64,000 nucleotides of DNA from Fibrobacterales bacterium (GTDB lineage: Bacteria; Fibrobacterota; Fibrobacteria; Fibrobacterales; JAOPTW01), in the NCBI GenBank assembly GCA_051532035.1, contig JAOPTW010000013.1, positions 160,001 through 224,000 on the forward strand, in the 5' to 3' direction. The notes below the pieces were generated by a model, which saw only the letters and a list, made by a program, of their open reading frames with translations, had not been told where the DNA came from and searched no databases. A program made the position numbers and the translations under genes. Below, piece by piece: positions 30,342-40,250 of the stretch (the stretch's first letter is position 1; every line of letters begins with the position of its first letter).

Positions 30342-32120
30342 TCAGTCAACAAGTCGCGCCTTAACCCCTTCAAGAACAGATAAAGCCGGAGCACTGATTG
30401 AACCATCGCCATAGATACCCACATTCACCGTAATAACGCCCCCTTGTGCCATCGTAGCGATTATAAGGTTAGCCAGGCTTTCGCCACTATACAATACTGA
30501 TTGGTCGGTATTCTGCCTCACCCACATTGGGTCGAGGACCACGAGCTGTTGGCTCTGAAGGCCCTTTGCCGCACTATAATTGGGAAATTGTCCTTGGAGA
30601 ACATCGGGTTCATTAAATACTTCACCAGCCCAATAATCCTGCCATTCAGAGATGGCCGGAAATACCCATGAGTTCAGACACAGTGCCCGGTTTGGGTTCC
30701 CTGCCTTACTCGCCCAGTAGAACTTTTCAATATCAAGACCATCATACCATTCCACCGACTGATACCAACCATCAAACCAGTACGCCCACACCTTTTCACC
30801 ATAGCGCTCCCCTATTTCTTCAAGTATCTCAACCTGTATATCAACATACTCTTCTGCAGTCAGACGTATATTTCGCTCCCATCCCGTTCCCGGATCGTGC
30901 CAACCCGTTGAAATAACATGGGTAGGAAAGTAAAGCAACAGCTTAACATCAATTGCAGCTAGCGCATCAGCCATCTCCATGACCAAGTCACGTTCGGTGA
31001 TTTTATCCGCACCGTGATGCTTGGCCCAGGCCTGAATTGGGGCTGGTGAATAGGCATAGGCATGCCCAAACGTGAAGAGTACAAAGTGAGCTCCTGTTTT
31101 TTTGACCATCGTTACATAGGTATCCATATCAAACTGATCGACCATCTGATCGAACGGCTTAATAGTTCCATCGGGGTAAATTGATTCATTGGTCCAGTGA
31201 AACATCAGGCCATACCCCGCCTCTTTCATCCAATCAGTATTGGGGCGCGCCTCCTGTGCACGAGCACGCTCTGCTGCTACCGCATCTGCTTTTTCTACCG
31301 GAATCAGATCAACACCACGGAGATCCATTAGGTGCTGATATTGTACAGCATAGGGTGAGCTAATGTGGAGCCGATGCGCACCTGCACTTAATGTAATTGT
31401 AGCGGATAACGCATGACGCTCATAATTATGTCGGATATGCTTATGCGGACCACTAGTGGATTTAAGTACCAACGGAACGCGTGTTGGATTCAAGTCACTG
31501 TACATTTCAACCGTATGATCGTGCCCGGTTGGCGGAACATAATACATCAATTCAATAGCAAACTCTGTTGGTTCTAAAAGCTCGAGCTGCCATACGGCAG
31601 TGGATGGACCGGCCCACTGAATGGTGCCGCCCCCCTGAATTGACAGTTCATCATGGAGCTCCGCTTCGTTCCCCCAAAGAGAAATAATCATCTCGGTAAT
31701 TGCAGGCCCTTGTACGACACTCATAGGGGTATCACTTGACAATCCGGCCTCACGCATACTCGAAAGGCCATTACTGCTCATGCTCTCTACCGAAGATATA
31801 CTTGGAGAATCATTTGAACTCCCTGAGCTGACACTACTCGATGATGAGGGCATAGACCCGTCAAAGCCCTGTGATAAATGAGGTACTTGTGATGAAAGAG
31901 TAGGTACCGAGTCTACGCTACTGGATACTCCGTTGAGCACCACGGAATGATCACTGCTCTCCACTTGATTTGAAACCAATCCGGTACCTTCATCCACAGT
32001 GGACATTGTATCAATATTTTTACTGCACCCAAGGGTGATCACAATAGAAAAGAGTAGTACCGATACGGTACCGTAGCCCATTTTACCCAAAAACATCATA
32101 AATAGTCTAGTAAGCAACAT
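30342..32120 (-). CDS. Lipoprotein with Ser-rich linker, CBM-like module and alpha-L-fucosidase-like (GH29-related) catalytic domain
   Basis: Lipobox TLGC; YGLMFHW, KKTGAHFVLFTFGH, ERYG..WAYWFDG and ITVNVG resemble GH29 barrel motifs. Confidence 0.7.
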   Translation of the reverse strand: MLLTRLFMMFLGKMGYGTVSVLLFSIVITLGCSKNIDTMSTVDEGTGLVSNQVESSDHSVVLNGVSSSVDSVPTLSSQVPHLSQGFDGSMPSSSSSVSSGSSNDSPSISSVESMSSNGLSSMREAGLSSDTPMSVVQGPAITEMIISLWGNEAELHDELSIQGGGTIQWAGPSTAVWQLELLEPTEFAIELMYYVPPTGHDHTVEMYSDLNPTRVPLVLKSTSGPHKHIRHNYERHALSATITLSAGAHRLHISSPYAVQYQHLMDLRGVDLIPVEKADAVAAERARAQEARPNTDWMKEAGYGLMFHWTNESIYPDGTIKPFDQMVDQFDMDTYVTMVKKTGAHFVLFTFGHAYAYSPAPIQAWAKHHGADKITERDLVMEMADALAAIDVKLLLYFPTHVISTGWHDPGTGWERNIRLTAEEYVDIQVEILEEIGERYGEKVWAYWFDGWYQSVEWYDGLDIEKFYWASKAGNPNRALCLNSWVFPAISEWQDYWAGEVFNEPDVLQGQFPNYSAAKGLQSQQLVVLDPMWVRQNTDQSVLYSGESLANLIIATMAQGGVITVNVGIYGDGSISAPALSVLEGVKARLVD

Positions 32121-32273
32121 TGTACCCTCATGTCATGTTTTACCGGTACGATATGAAAACCGTAGCAGGTTTATATTTGTAATATAGTTCGATGGTGATT
32201 TGTTTTGTGAAATACGCCCTTTTCGCTCTGTTTTAGTGTGGTGGTTCACATCCACAGTAATTCTGTTAAAATA

Positions 32274-33863
32274 TTAGCGCCAACTCTTTACAACTTGATA
32301 CCCCTGTTCAAGTTGGCTTTTCATTGCCGTCACACTGCTTTGCCATTCTTCATACGTAAGAGCTCCTGTATTTGGAAATGACCCGGGTTGAGCTGCGCGT
32401 ACCTCATCATGCGCATCAGTAATCTGAGCCACCCATGTATCTATCTTACCATTTATCTGAGGATACACCTCATACAAAAGTTTATCAAGTGCCGCATTGG
32501 TCTCATCGGGAAAACAGAGCCAATACTTCGCCATTTTGTTAGTACGCCCCGAGTTACACTGCAGTGCATTACGTATTTCATCTGCCTTATTAAAATTCAC
32601 ATATTCGTTGCCCTCGCCTGCTTTAAAAGAAGCATTATCCATATCCCATGGAATAGCAAACAACTTACCTTCTGTGGTATCTGCGTACCAATATGAGTTA
32701 TGACCATTATCCCTATAGAATGGGCTATCCCAATGGTCTATCGCTGCAGAAGTGAGCACCGTATTAACCAGCTCATCCACATTAAACCATTTTCTCAATA
32801 CATCTTTAACCGCCTCTGCTCCATGTGCGTTCAAAAGATCTCCTTCGAGCCCCTGCCATATAGTATGTGTTGGATTTTCATCTTCGTTTGTTTTCAGTTT
32901 TTCGTCAAGCGCATCATCAGATTGTACCTTATTAGATATAAACGGCATGGCTTCTTTATACACATTCCCTTCCCCATCATCCCAATGGGCACGCGTAAAC
33001 CGGCCATCAATATTTTCGATCATTGCAAACAGGCCTACAAGTTCATCATTAATTTTAATCTTGGCATGCACCACTCGTGGAGCCGCCTGACCCATCTCTC
33101 TATGCATCCAATAGGCAAGCCTGTCTCTTAATTGATCTTTATAGAAGTGCATATGGTAGAACGCAATCTTTTTCATACCAAAGAACTTTCTATCAGGCTC
33201 TAAATCTGTATTGAACTTAACTTTCATAGAAAGCTTAATACAGGTTTTTGCCCCATTCTTATCCCATACCTCACCGTCAGTGCAAAAAAACCATGCTCCA
33301 AAGCTTCCTTTATAGCGTACCTCAACTTCTTGTATGGTATCGTTTTCAAAAACCAAGTGACCAGGGTAGTAAACCTCTTGTTTGGGTGCAGCATCCATTG
33401 CAGAAAGATCTGCTGGATCTATAAGAATATTAAATGTTTTTGGTTCAACCTCATCGTTAAAAACATAGTCAATTGCATCATTGAGTATCGCTCGTTTTTC
33501 TGCTGCTGTAGCCTCGTGAGATGAAGAGCTGAGCGCGATGCTCGAACTTGATACTCCTTCATTACTACTGAAAATGACACTACTGGATATCAGAGTATTT
33601 TCTGAGGACACGGTTATGGAATCAGTTGATACGTCACTACTAAAGGCACTCTGCGTATCACCTGTTATCTCTTTAGGGTCAATATGCGAATAACTTTCAA
33701 AAGCCTCTTCAACTGAAGAGACGCCCTTTTGATTTTTTCCTAAACTACTCATGGTCTCATCTGAAGATTCCAAAGTAGAAAGCTCACCAATCGCCTCTGA
33801 GCATGCCGTTAAAAACAACACCATATATATTAATACAAAAACAACAAATCTCAATGCAGTCAA
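32274..33863 (-). CDS. CotH kinase family lipoprotein
   Basis: Lipobox LTAC and Ser-rich linker; VRYKGS, KLSMKVKF, APR, ENIDG and IPWDMD motifs. Confidence 0.88.
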   Translation of the reverse strand: MTALRFVVFVLIYMVLFLTACSEAIGELSTLESSDETMSSLGKNQKGVSSVEEAFESYSHIDPKEITGDTQSAFSSDVSTDSITVSSENTLISSSVIFSSNEGVSSSSIALSSSSHEATAAEKRAILNDAIDYVFNDEVEPKTFNILIDPADLSAMDAAPKQEVYYPGHLVFENDTIQEVEVRYKGSFGAWFFCTDGEVWDKNGAKTCIKLSMKVKFNTDLEPDRKFFGMKKIAFYHMHFYKDQLRDRLAYWMHREMGQAAPRVVHAKIKINDELVGLFAMIENIDGRFTRAHWDDGEGNVYKEAMPFISNKVQSDDALDEKLKTNEDENPTHTIWQGLEGDLLNAHGAEAVKDVLRKWFNVDELVNTVLTSAAIDHWDSPFYRDNGHNSYWYADTTEGKLFAIPWDMDNASFKAGEGNEYVNFNKADEIRNALQCNSGRTNKMAKYWLCFPDETNAALDKLLYEVYPQINGKIDTWVAQITDAHDEVRAAQPGSFPNTGALTYEEWQSSVTAMKSQLEQGYQVVKSWR

Positions 33864-33890
33864 AACACCCCCTCAACGTAAATAGTACAG

Positions 33891-34259
33891 ATGTTTGTTC
33901 TACAAACAGTGCCCTATATTTATAGAGATAATATATACAGTAATTGTGGTGATAGTTTGAAGCCGAGTGCCTATTTACATTCATTTACCCTGGAGAACGG
34001 CCAGAGAACAGTAAACATCTTCTTCTATGATCTCTTCACGGAGCATGGGCCTGAGGCGACAATGTACGTTGTACAGGTTGTTGATAAAAGTACATCCAGT
34101 ATTAGATCAAAAAGTCACTATCTTGACCTTGAGGCATGGGGGCCACGTAAAGAAGTAGAAAGTGTTTCTGGAGTGTTTCCAGTTGTCTCTTCCATTCGAT
34201 ATCAAAACATCCTAAACGATTCAAGATCAGACACGTACTCGGTTTGTTCGCATAAGTAA
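33891..34259 (+). pseudogene. Gene fragment paralogous to 59920-60399
   Basis: YVVQVVDKS...HYLDLEAWGPRKEVE matches YVQVVNKS...YHLDLAPWGSRTEVE; the TM N-terminal half is missing. Confidence 0.5.
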
Positions 34260-34377
34260 AAGAAATTTCATAATCTAAAAAATATCTTTCTAGCTATTTT
34301 AATCATGTAATTTTGCAGAAACCATAATTGTTAAACAGAAGGTACTCGTAAGTTTCTGCCTTCATAAAAAGGAAATT

Positions 34378-35340
34378 ATGAAAACTGTAAAAATGTTTAT
34401 TGTAATAGGTTTTGTTTTTACCTCCTATTCGGTTTCCCTAGCCGCAAATGATGCAAAAAAAATAATGCCCCTTATTATAAATGAGGAAGATGCACCATTG
34501 GGTCCTGTCACTCCTGATGCAGGAAATGAGATAGTGAATGGTTCATACATTTATTTAGAGGCGTACAAAGCTGATGTTGCTACTGCCAACAAATCAAAAC
34601 TTAAAGCATGGGTAAGTAATTTAGATAAGGTGTATCAGAGTTATGTAGGACTTGTTGGAAGAATTCCTGATGATGGGTATAAAGTTGGATTTAAGGTAAA
34701 TGAAAGTTCAGGGTGCTTTGGATCAAATTCTACCCCTATCAATGTATGCTCTAGATCAATGACAGAATATGTAAGTAACCCTGGTGATGATTGGGGAATG
34801 GGGTTTATGCATGAACTTGGGCATCACTTTGAATACGAAGGAAAGTGGAATTTTGATGGAGAGCATTGGGCAAACTTTAAGGTACTCTATGCTGTTAAAG
34901 AGCTTGGTGCAAATGTTATCATGAACGGAAAAACTTATGTTGGCAATGATTTTGATGATTACTGGGAAGAGCAATGTATTCAAACCCAAAATCAATATGA
35001 TGCAATACCAGATTCTCACAAAAGACTTTCGTGTAGTCAAATTCCGGCTGTCCATGTGAACAATGATGACAACAGCAGTAATAATTTGAGAAAATATAAC
35101 GATTGCACAACCCATATATTTAATAAAATACATGATACTATCGGGTGGAAGCCATTTATGAAAACATTCCGCGAATTCAATGATGGTGACGCCAATCAAA
35201 CACTACAGCAAAATGTAAAATATGAATTATACATGTCTACTCTACAAAACAACACTAGTACTGATGTAATGAGTTTGATTTCAGAACAGGATCAACTTAA
35301 TATGAAATATTATATGTGTCGTAGCGCGAGCAATTATTAA
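34378..35340 (+). CDS. Secreted zinc metallopeptidase, peptidase M60-like
   Basis: Signal peptide and SD AAGGA. WGMGFMHELGH (HExxH) is followed by GEHWAN, the likely third ligand Glu. Confidence 0.75.
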   Translation: MKTVKMFIVIGFVFTSYSVSLAANDAKKIMPLIINEEDAPLGPVTPDAGNEIVNGSYIYLEAYKADVATANKSKLKAWVSNLDKVYQSYVGLVGRIPDDGYKVGFKVNESSGCFGSNSTPINVCSRSMTEYVSNPGDDWGMGFMHELGHHFEYEGKWNFDGEHWANFKVLYAVKELGANVIMNGKTYVGNDFDDYWEEQCIQTQNQYDAIPDSHKRLSCSQIPAVHVNNDDNSSNNLRKYNDCTTHIFNKIHDTIGWKPFMKTFREFNDGDANQTLQQNVKYELYMSTLQNNTSTDVMSLISEQDQLNMKYYMCRSASNY

Positions 35341-35406
35341 TACACAGTATATCAACAGTAAACAACCAAATAAAAAAAGAATACAACAAATAACAAAGGA
35401 TTCATT

Positions 35407-35739
35407 ATGAATATATTTAAAAAACTACCTCTAGTACTCCTAACTGTTGGCCTTTTAGCGAGCGCATCATACTCATGGTATACCGATGTTTCTATCAGAA
35501 AGGTTGGTTATCTAGGCAATACTTTTTTTGCTGAGATGAGTCAAAAAGTAAACTATTACACCTCTTGTAAAAGTAAAGAACTTCGGTTTGACTTGAATAC
35601 TCCAGAAGGTAAAAATGCAGAAAAACTTATATTAATGGCATATAGTCTTGAAGAAAAGATCTCTTTTAATGTGAGTGGGTGCTTTAGTAAAAAACCAACA
35701 GTTAAAGGGAACATTCAAACTGTTCGCAAGTATTACTAA
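35407..35739 (+). CDS. Small secreted hypothetical protein with two Cys
   Basis: SD AAGGA, signal peptide, co-oriented with the peptidase and upstream of a shared terminator. Confidence 0.75.
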   Translation: MNIFKKLPLVLLTVGLLASASYSWYTDVSIRKVGYLGNTFFAEMSQKVNYYTSCKSKELRFDLNTPEGKNAEKLILMAYSLEEKISFNVSGCFSKKPTVKGNIQTVRKYY

Positions 35740-35780
35740 ACAACAAGTTTCTCGTTGAGTTAATTTTCTTAACTATAACC

Positions 35781-35814
35781 AAAAATGCCCTCATGAAAGT
35801 GAAGGGCATTTTTT
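35781..35814. terminator. Bidirectional rho-independent terminator
   Basis: AAAAATGCCCTCA-TGAAAG-TGAAGGGCATTTTTT between convergent genes. Confidence 0.85.
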
Positions 35815-35825
35815 AAACTAAAAGT

Positions 35826-36461
35826 TTATTCCCACTCCGTGACACTTGCCTCTTCTACAAGTGCATCAAAATTGGATTGAAGTGATTCCATGTAGGTTTT
35901 TCTGTCAGAATTCCATCTGATAGGTTCCCCCACATATGCATCGCAAAAAAATGGAACAAGAAGTAACTCCCCTTTTGGAAGAGCTTTTCCTAGACCATAA
36001 AAATATATTGGTATTACTGGTACATGCGGCATTTTTTCAGCTATTCTTGCAATTCCTGTTTTCATTTTTTGAAACTGTTCAGGGTTGCCCCTACTCCCTT
36101 CAGGAAACAAAATCAAGATTTTATTCTCCTCTAATGCAGTGTAAATTGGTTGTAAAATATCCTCTCTACCCGTTGGTCTACGCTGTAGAGGAAGAATGCC
36201 GATGATTTTTAATGAAAACCAAGCGAGAAGTTTATTTTTTAAAAAGTAATCAACGGCAGCAACTGGCTGTACTATCGCCAATCGGTCTAACATTAAATAC
36301 ATAATAACCATCGTATCTAGATGGCTATTATGATTCGCTACAATTATAGCTGGACCCTCTTTAGGCAATCGATCTTTATTTCTGACATTAACGCCAAGTA
36401 TCAAATTAATGATTAACCTAATAAAGCAATTGAAGAATATGAAGCGCAATACTTTATTCAT
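35826..36461 (-). CDS. Lysophospholipid acyltransferase (PlsC family)
   Basis: NHNSHLD (HX4D) and FPEGSR motifs. Confidence 0.92.
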   Translation of the reverse strand: MNKVLRFIFFNCFIRLIINLILGVNVRNKDRLPKEGPAIIVANHNSHLDTMVIMYLMLDRLAIVQPVAAVDYFLKNKLLAWFSLKIIGILPLQRRPTGREDILQPIYTALEENKILILFPEGSRGNPEQFQKMKTGIARIAEKMPHVPVIPIYFYGLGKALPKGELLLVPFFCDAYVGEPIRWNSDRKTYMESLQSNFDALVEEASVTEWE

Positions 36462-37405
36462 TAGTAATAGAGATAGTAGATAAAGTGAAAAAAGAGAGGC
36501 GCCGTATAAGTAAGGCTATCTATTCTATCCATAATACCACCATGCCCCGGTATTATAGACCCAGTATCCTTTTTATCAAGATCTCTTTTGAGCGCTGAAA
36601 TCGCTATATCACCTAAAAACCCTCCTACACCTATAAGGAGACCAGCAGCAATAGACATAATCACATTCAGTTCAGTTAAAAGTGGAGCAATAAAATAGGC
36701 AATTAAAACTGTTGTACTTACTCCTCCAATAAATCCCGCCCAAGTTTTGTTAGGACTTACTTTAGGAATTATTTTTGTTTTTCCAAAAGACTTACCCCAT
36801 ATATATTGGCATACATCGTTTATTTGAGTTAAGAAGACAAGAAATAACACGTATCCCGCTCCCCCTGCAGGTGCAGATGGATTATTGGGTAAGGCTAAAA
36901 AATATGCTATATGACTCAAGCTAAACACCATAGTCATTAAGCCCCATTGATTAATAGCTGCTGAAACTAAAAATCCTTTAGTCTCACCTATCAGCACCAT
37001 TCTCGCAGGTAGTAGCAAAAATATGAATACAGGAATAAAAACAATAAACATTCCATACCAGCCAATATAAACGAAATAATATTGAAATGGAATTGCTAGA
37101 TACGCAAGAAATATCACCTGACGGTCAGCCCGCCTGGTTTTAACCAGAGATATGAATTCCTTAAAGGCCATATAGCTCATGAATGCAAAGAAAATTATCG
37201 ATATTGTTTTTGATACTATCATTGCAAATGAAAAAATAACCACCATTACCCACCAAGACTTTATCCGTGATTCAAGCTCAGTAAAATTTTTGTTTGGTGA
37301 TTTTAACTTTAACAGGAAAGTAATTATCGAAGCGACAACTAATATTCCAAATATTCCTGCAAGACTTATTAAAAGGTTCTGAGGTACTGCGTTTATAAAG
37401 TTCAT
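36461..37405 (-). CDS. Phosphatidate cytidylyltransferase family protein (CdsA/YnbB-like)
   Basis: Polytopic membrane protein; SPNKTWAG and KRDLDKKDTGSIIPGHGGIMDRIDS. Confidence 0.93.
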   Translation of the reverse strand: MNFINAVPQNLLISLAGIFGILVVASIITFLLKLKSPNKNFTELESRIKSWWVMVVIFSFAMIVSKTISIIFFAFMSYMAFKEFISLVKTRRADRQVIFLAYLAIPFQYYFVYIGWYGMFIVFIPVFIFLLLPARMVLIGETKGFLVSAAINQWGLMTMVFSLSHIAYFLALPNNPSAPAGGAGYVLFLVFLTQINDVCQYIWGKSFGKTKIIPKVSPNKTWAGFIGGVSTTVLIAYFIAPLLTELNVIMSIAAGLLIGVGGFLGDIAISALKRDLDKKDTGSIIPGHGGIMDRIDSLTYTAPLFFHFIYYLYY

Positions 37406-38007
37406 TTAAGCTCTCCTAAAGATTTCACTATACGGTTACCAATTGTTGCCACAATCAAAACTGTAATAATAACCAGTCCTATATTTATCCAATGTAAAGG
37501 AACCATTCCTGTACTTATCCCTATAACGATTAGCCCTAACCAAAATGCACGGTCACTTTTACCCATGGGCCCATCATATCTCCGTGATGCTCCAATTTGT
37601 ACCGATATCACCCCCGTCATTTCAGACAATAGAGCAAGGATAATGAGGGCAATAACAACAACTGGGTTCAGACCCGGTATAAGTGCTAGAGGTAAATACA
37701 AAGCAGTATCAGAAATAACATCACCCAATTCATTTAGAATCGCTCCAAGCGAAGTCTGCATATTATATTCGCGAGCAAGCATACCATCTATAGCATTGAG
37801 AGCCATTCGAATAAATAGAATAAGTGGCACCAATAACAACACTTCCTTTGTTGTTGGATAGAGAGCAATACAAGTACCAACTCCTATTGAAAGAACTGTA
37901 GCAAATATTGTCACCTGATTTGGGGTAACATGTAATTTTGCAAGACCATTAACAATTGGCCTTAAAAGTGATTGGAATTTTGGTTTTAAATCATAAACTG
38001 ATGCCAT
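37402..38007 (-). CDS. CDP-alcohol phosphatidyltransferase family protein (YnbA-like)
   Basis: TPNQVT, NAIDGMLAR...GAILNELGD and YDGPMGKSDR. Confidence 0.92.
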   Translation of the reverse strand: MASVYDLKPKFQSLLRPIVNGLAKLHVTPNQVTIFATVLSIGVGTCIALYPTTKEVLLLVPLILFIRMALNAIDGMLAREYNMQTSLGAILNELGDVISDTALYLPLALIPGLNPVVVIALIILALLSEMTGVISVQIGASRRYDGPMGKSDRAFWLGLIVIGISTGMVPLHWINIGLVIITVLIVATIGNRIVKSLGELK

Positions 38008-38106
38008 TCGAAGCCCTCTTAAAAAGTTGTCAGAAAATAGTGGAACAGAATATAGCTAATATCCCACTGGGTATTAGCCTCACTCTCTTTATTATTCACT
38101 ATGCTG

Positions 38107-38142
38107 TGTAATCACCCCTATTATTAACAGTTAAAATAGTTA
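38107..38142. repeat. 36-bp direct repeat, copy 1 (copy 2 at 40085-40120)
   Basis: TGTAATCACCCCTATTATTAACAGTTAAAATAGTTA versus TGTAATAACCCCTATTATTAGTAGCTGAAATAGCTA, 30/36 identical. Confidence 0.75.
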
Positions 38143-38296
38143 ACGCTGACGCCAATACCAGCAGTTTTTCAGGAAGGATTACACACTGAAGCTGACCCAT
38201 TGGCGTATTGCCATACAACAGCCTCAATGGACCAACATATAATTACTATATTTTTCAAATCCGTATTCTAACTCATGTATCTGATAGAGGATCCCT

Positions 38297-40075
38297 ATGA
38301 AGCGCCTTATTCTACCATCTATAATGATTCCCTTGACCTTATTATGTATCTCATGTTTTGATAAAGGTACGGGTACAGATACTGCTGAATCACTCAGTAG
38401 CTCAGTACTTATAGCATCTTCTACTCCCCATATAATACTATCATCTACGATCCCCGTTTCTGTGAGCGATACTGCACCTACTATTCTTCTCAGTTCATCT
38501 ACTACTCTCCTCACATCAAGCAACCACAAAACCACGTACCCCCTATCAAGTAGTTCAAAAGTCCTTCATGACACAACAGTGCTCTCATCATCAGCTAAGA
38601 CTACGCCGAGCTCTCAATCCAAAACTACTAGTGACTCCTTAAGTATACCTTTACCAGAACGGAGTATTGAGGATGTGCGGAATTCTGTTACCCCGATCGA
38701 TTATACTGGTGCATTACTCTACAGTAGTACTGACAGGCAGAGAATGAAATGGATAGGCGATTCTACAATATCTTATGACTATACTCGACAACGGTGTGAC
38801 ACAGACTCAAAAAGCGATCCCTTTGTCGAAGACCAAGTCTTGGCAGGTACACTCAATTATCGCTATAACGATTCAACGTTATTATTTTATAACACTGAGT
38901 GTACGATTCAGGTCTTTGACAGAATATCGGGAACAGGATTATTGGGTGAGTGGAAACGCGTAAATATTGCTCCTGGCTGGGGATACGATACAAACACTTA
39001 TTGTCAAACTCATGCTAATAATTTCGAATTAAATAAGTATAATGTCCCCCAGGTAACCTGGATTATCACTGCTGACTCCCTTATTACAACAGGAAACTAT
39101 TATCAACAATGCCCCATGACCAATGAATTTCGCTTTTTTACTCCCGAAGAATTCGGCTGTTCGGTTAATATCCAATCAATGAATGGTCATAAACGATTTG
39201 ACAAACGCGCACGCGTTGATAATTATACAGTACAACACAGTTCACACTTTATGGGTAGTATCCAGGAATGCCATTTTGAGTGGGGTACTGAAGTTACAGA
39301 AGAAGGCTGTGTAGAACTTAAAACCTACGAACAGTGTGTTGCTACATACTATTCTGAACTGATTAAATATGAGCAATACCATATTAATGATGACGTACCC
39401 TTCGTACCTGATACTCGACCTGAGACTTCCTCTATTGGTACCAACCAAGTAAGGGATGAACGGGATAATCAAACATATAGAGTCGTTACTATTGGTCCCC
39501 AGACCTGGTTTGCAGAAAACCTTAAATACGACAACGGCACGGGAAGTGCATGCTTTGACAATGATTCCTCATTATGCGACACCTATGGCCGATATTATAC
39601 TTGGTGGAATATGATGAACCGAGACGTGTTTGGAAAGACTATTCCGGAATATCGACCTGATGTGTGCCCTAAAGGGTGGCATGTACCATCAGACTTTGAA
39701 TGGCTCCTTCTCGCGCAATATATTGAAGGGCACCATACTCTTGATTCTGTAGCTTTGACCGATACTTACTATGACATTTCACACCATCTACGAGCAGCTG
39801 ATGGCTGGGTCCCTTATGATACCGTAACGAGTATTGATACCTATGGATTCTCCGCTTATCCTACCGGTAGAATGTTTTACTATAGCAATACCTTTGCGGC
39901 TGAAACCGAGTTCAGTAGTTGGTGGTCTACCACCGAAAAAGACGCCTCTGATAAGTATGCTCGACGAATTCGGTTTAATGCCAACTCGTTTGATGGCTAT
40001 GCCACAGACAAAGATATGGGTTTGCCTATCCGGTGTGTAGAAGGTGATATTTCCTATAGTCTTGATTCAGAGTAA
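38297..40075 (+). CDS. Lipoprotein with Ser/Thr-rich linker and C-terminal FISUMP domain
   Basis: Lipobox CISC; DERDNQTYRVVTIGPQTWFAENL, YGRYYTW, CPKGWHVP and PIRCV. Confidence 0.9.
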   Translation: MKRLILPSIMIPLTLLCISCFDKGTGTDTAESLSSSVLIASSTPHIILSSTIPVSVSDTAPTILLSSSTTLLTSSNHKTTYPLSSSSKVLHDTTVLSSSAKTTPSSQSKTTSDSLSIPLPERSIEDVRNSVTPIDYTGALLYSSTDRQRMKWIGDSTISYDYTRQRCDTDSKSDPFVEDQVLAGTLNYRYNDSTLLFYNTECTIQVFDRISGTGLLGEWKRVNIAPGWGYDTNTYCQTHANNFELNKYNVPQVTWIITADSLITTGNYYQQCPMTNEFRFFTPEEFGCSVNIQSMNGHKRFDKRARVDNYTVQHSSHFMGSIQECHFEWGTEVTEEGCVELKTYEQCVATYYSELIKYEQYHINDDVPFVPDTRPETSSIGTNQVRDERDNQTYRVVTIGPQTWFAENLKYDNGTGSACFDNDSSLCDTYGRYYTWWNMMNRDVFGKTIPEYRPDVCPKGWHVPSDFEWLLLAQYIEGHHTLDSVALTDTYYDISHHLRAADGWVPYDTVTSIDTYGFSAYPTGRMFYYSNTFAAETEFSSWWSTTEKDASDKYARRIRFNANSFDGYATDKDMGLPIRCVEGDISYSLDSE

Positions 40076-40084
40076 TACAGTAAC

Positions 40085-40120
40085 TGTAATAACCCCTATT
40101 ATTAGTAGCTGAAATAGCTA
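40085..40120. repeat. 36-bp direct repeat, copy 2
   Basis: See 38107-38142; lies 10 bp after the stop of the FISUMP gene. Confidence 0.75.
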
Positions 40121-40250
40121 GAGAATTCTACTTACGTAAACAGTGGTTTTAAGGGGGGCTACAGTACTATATCACACGCATCTGTATATTCCGGATGTTC
40201 AGCACAATAATCCCCTTATCTCACCTCAAAATAAGAAATCAGGTGTGATA

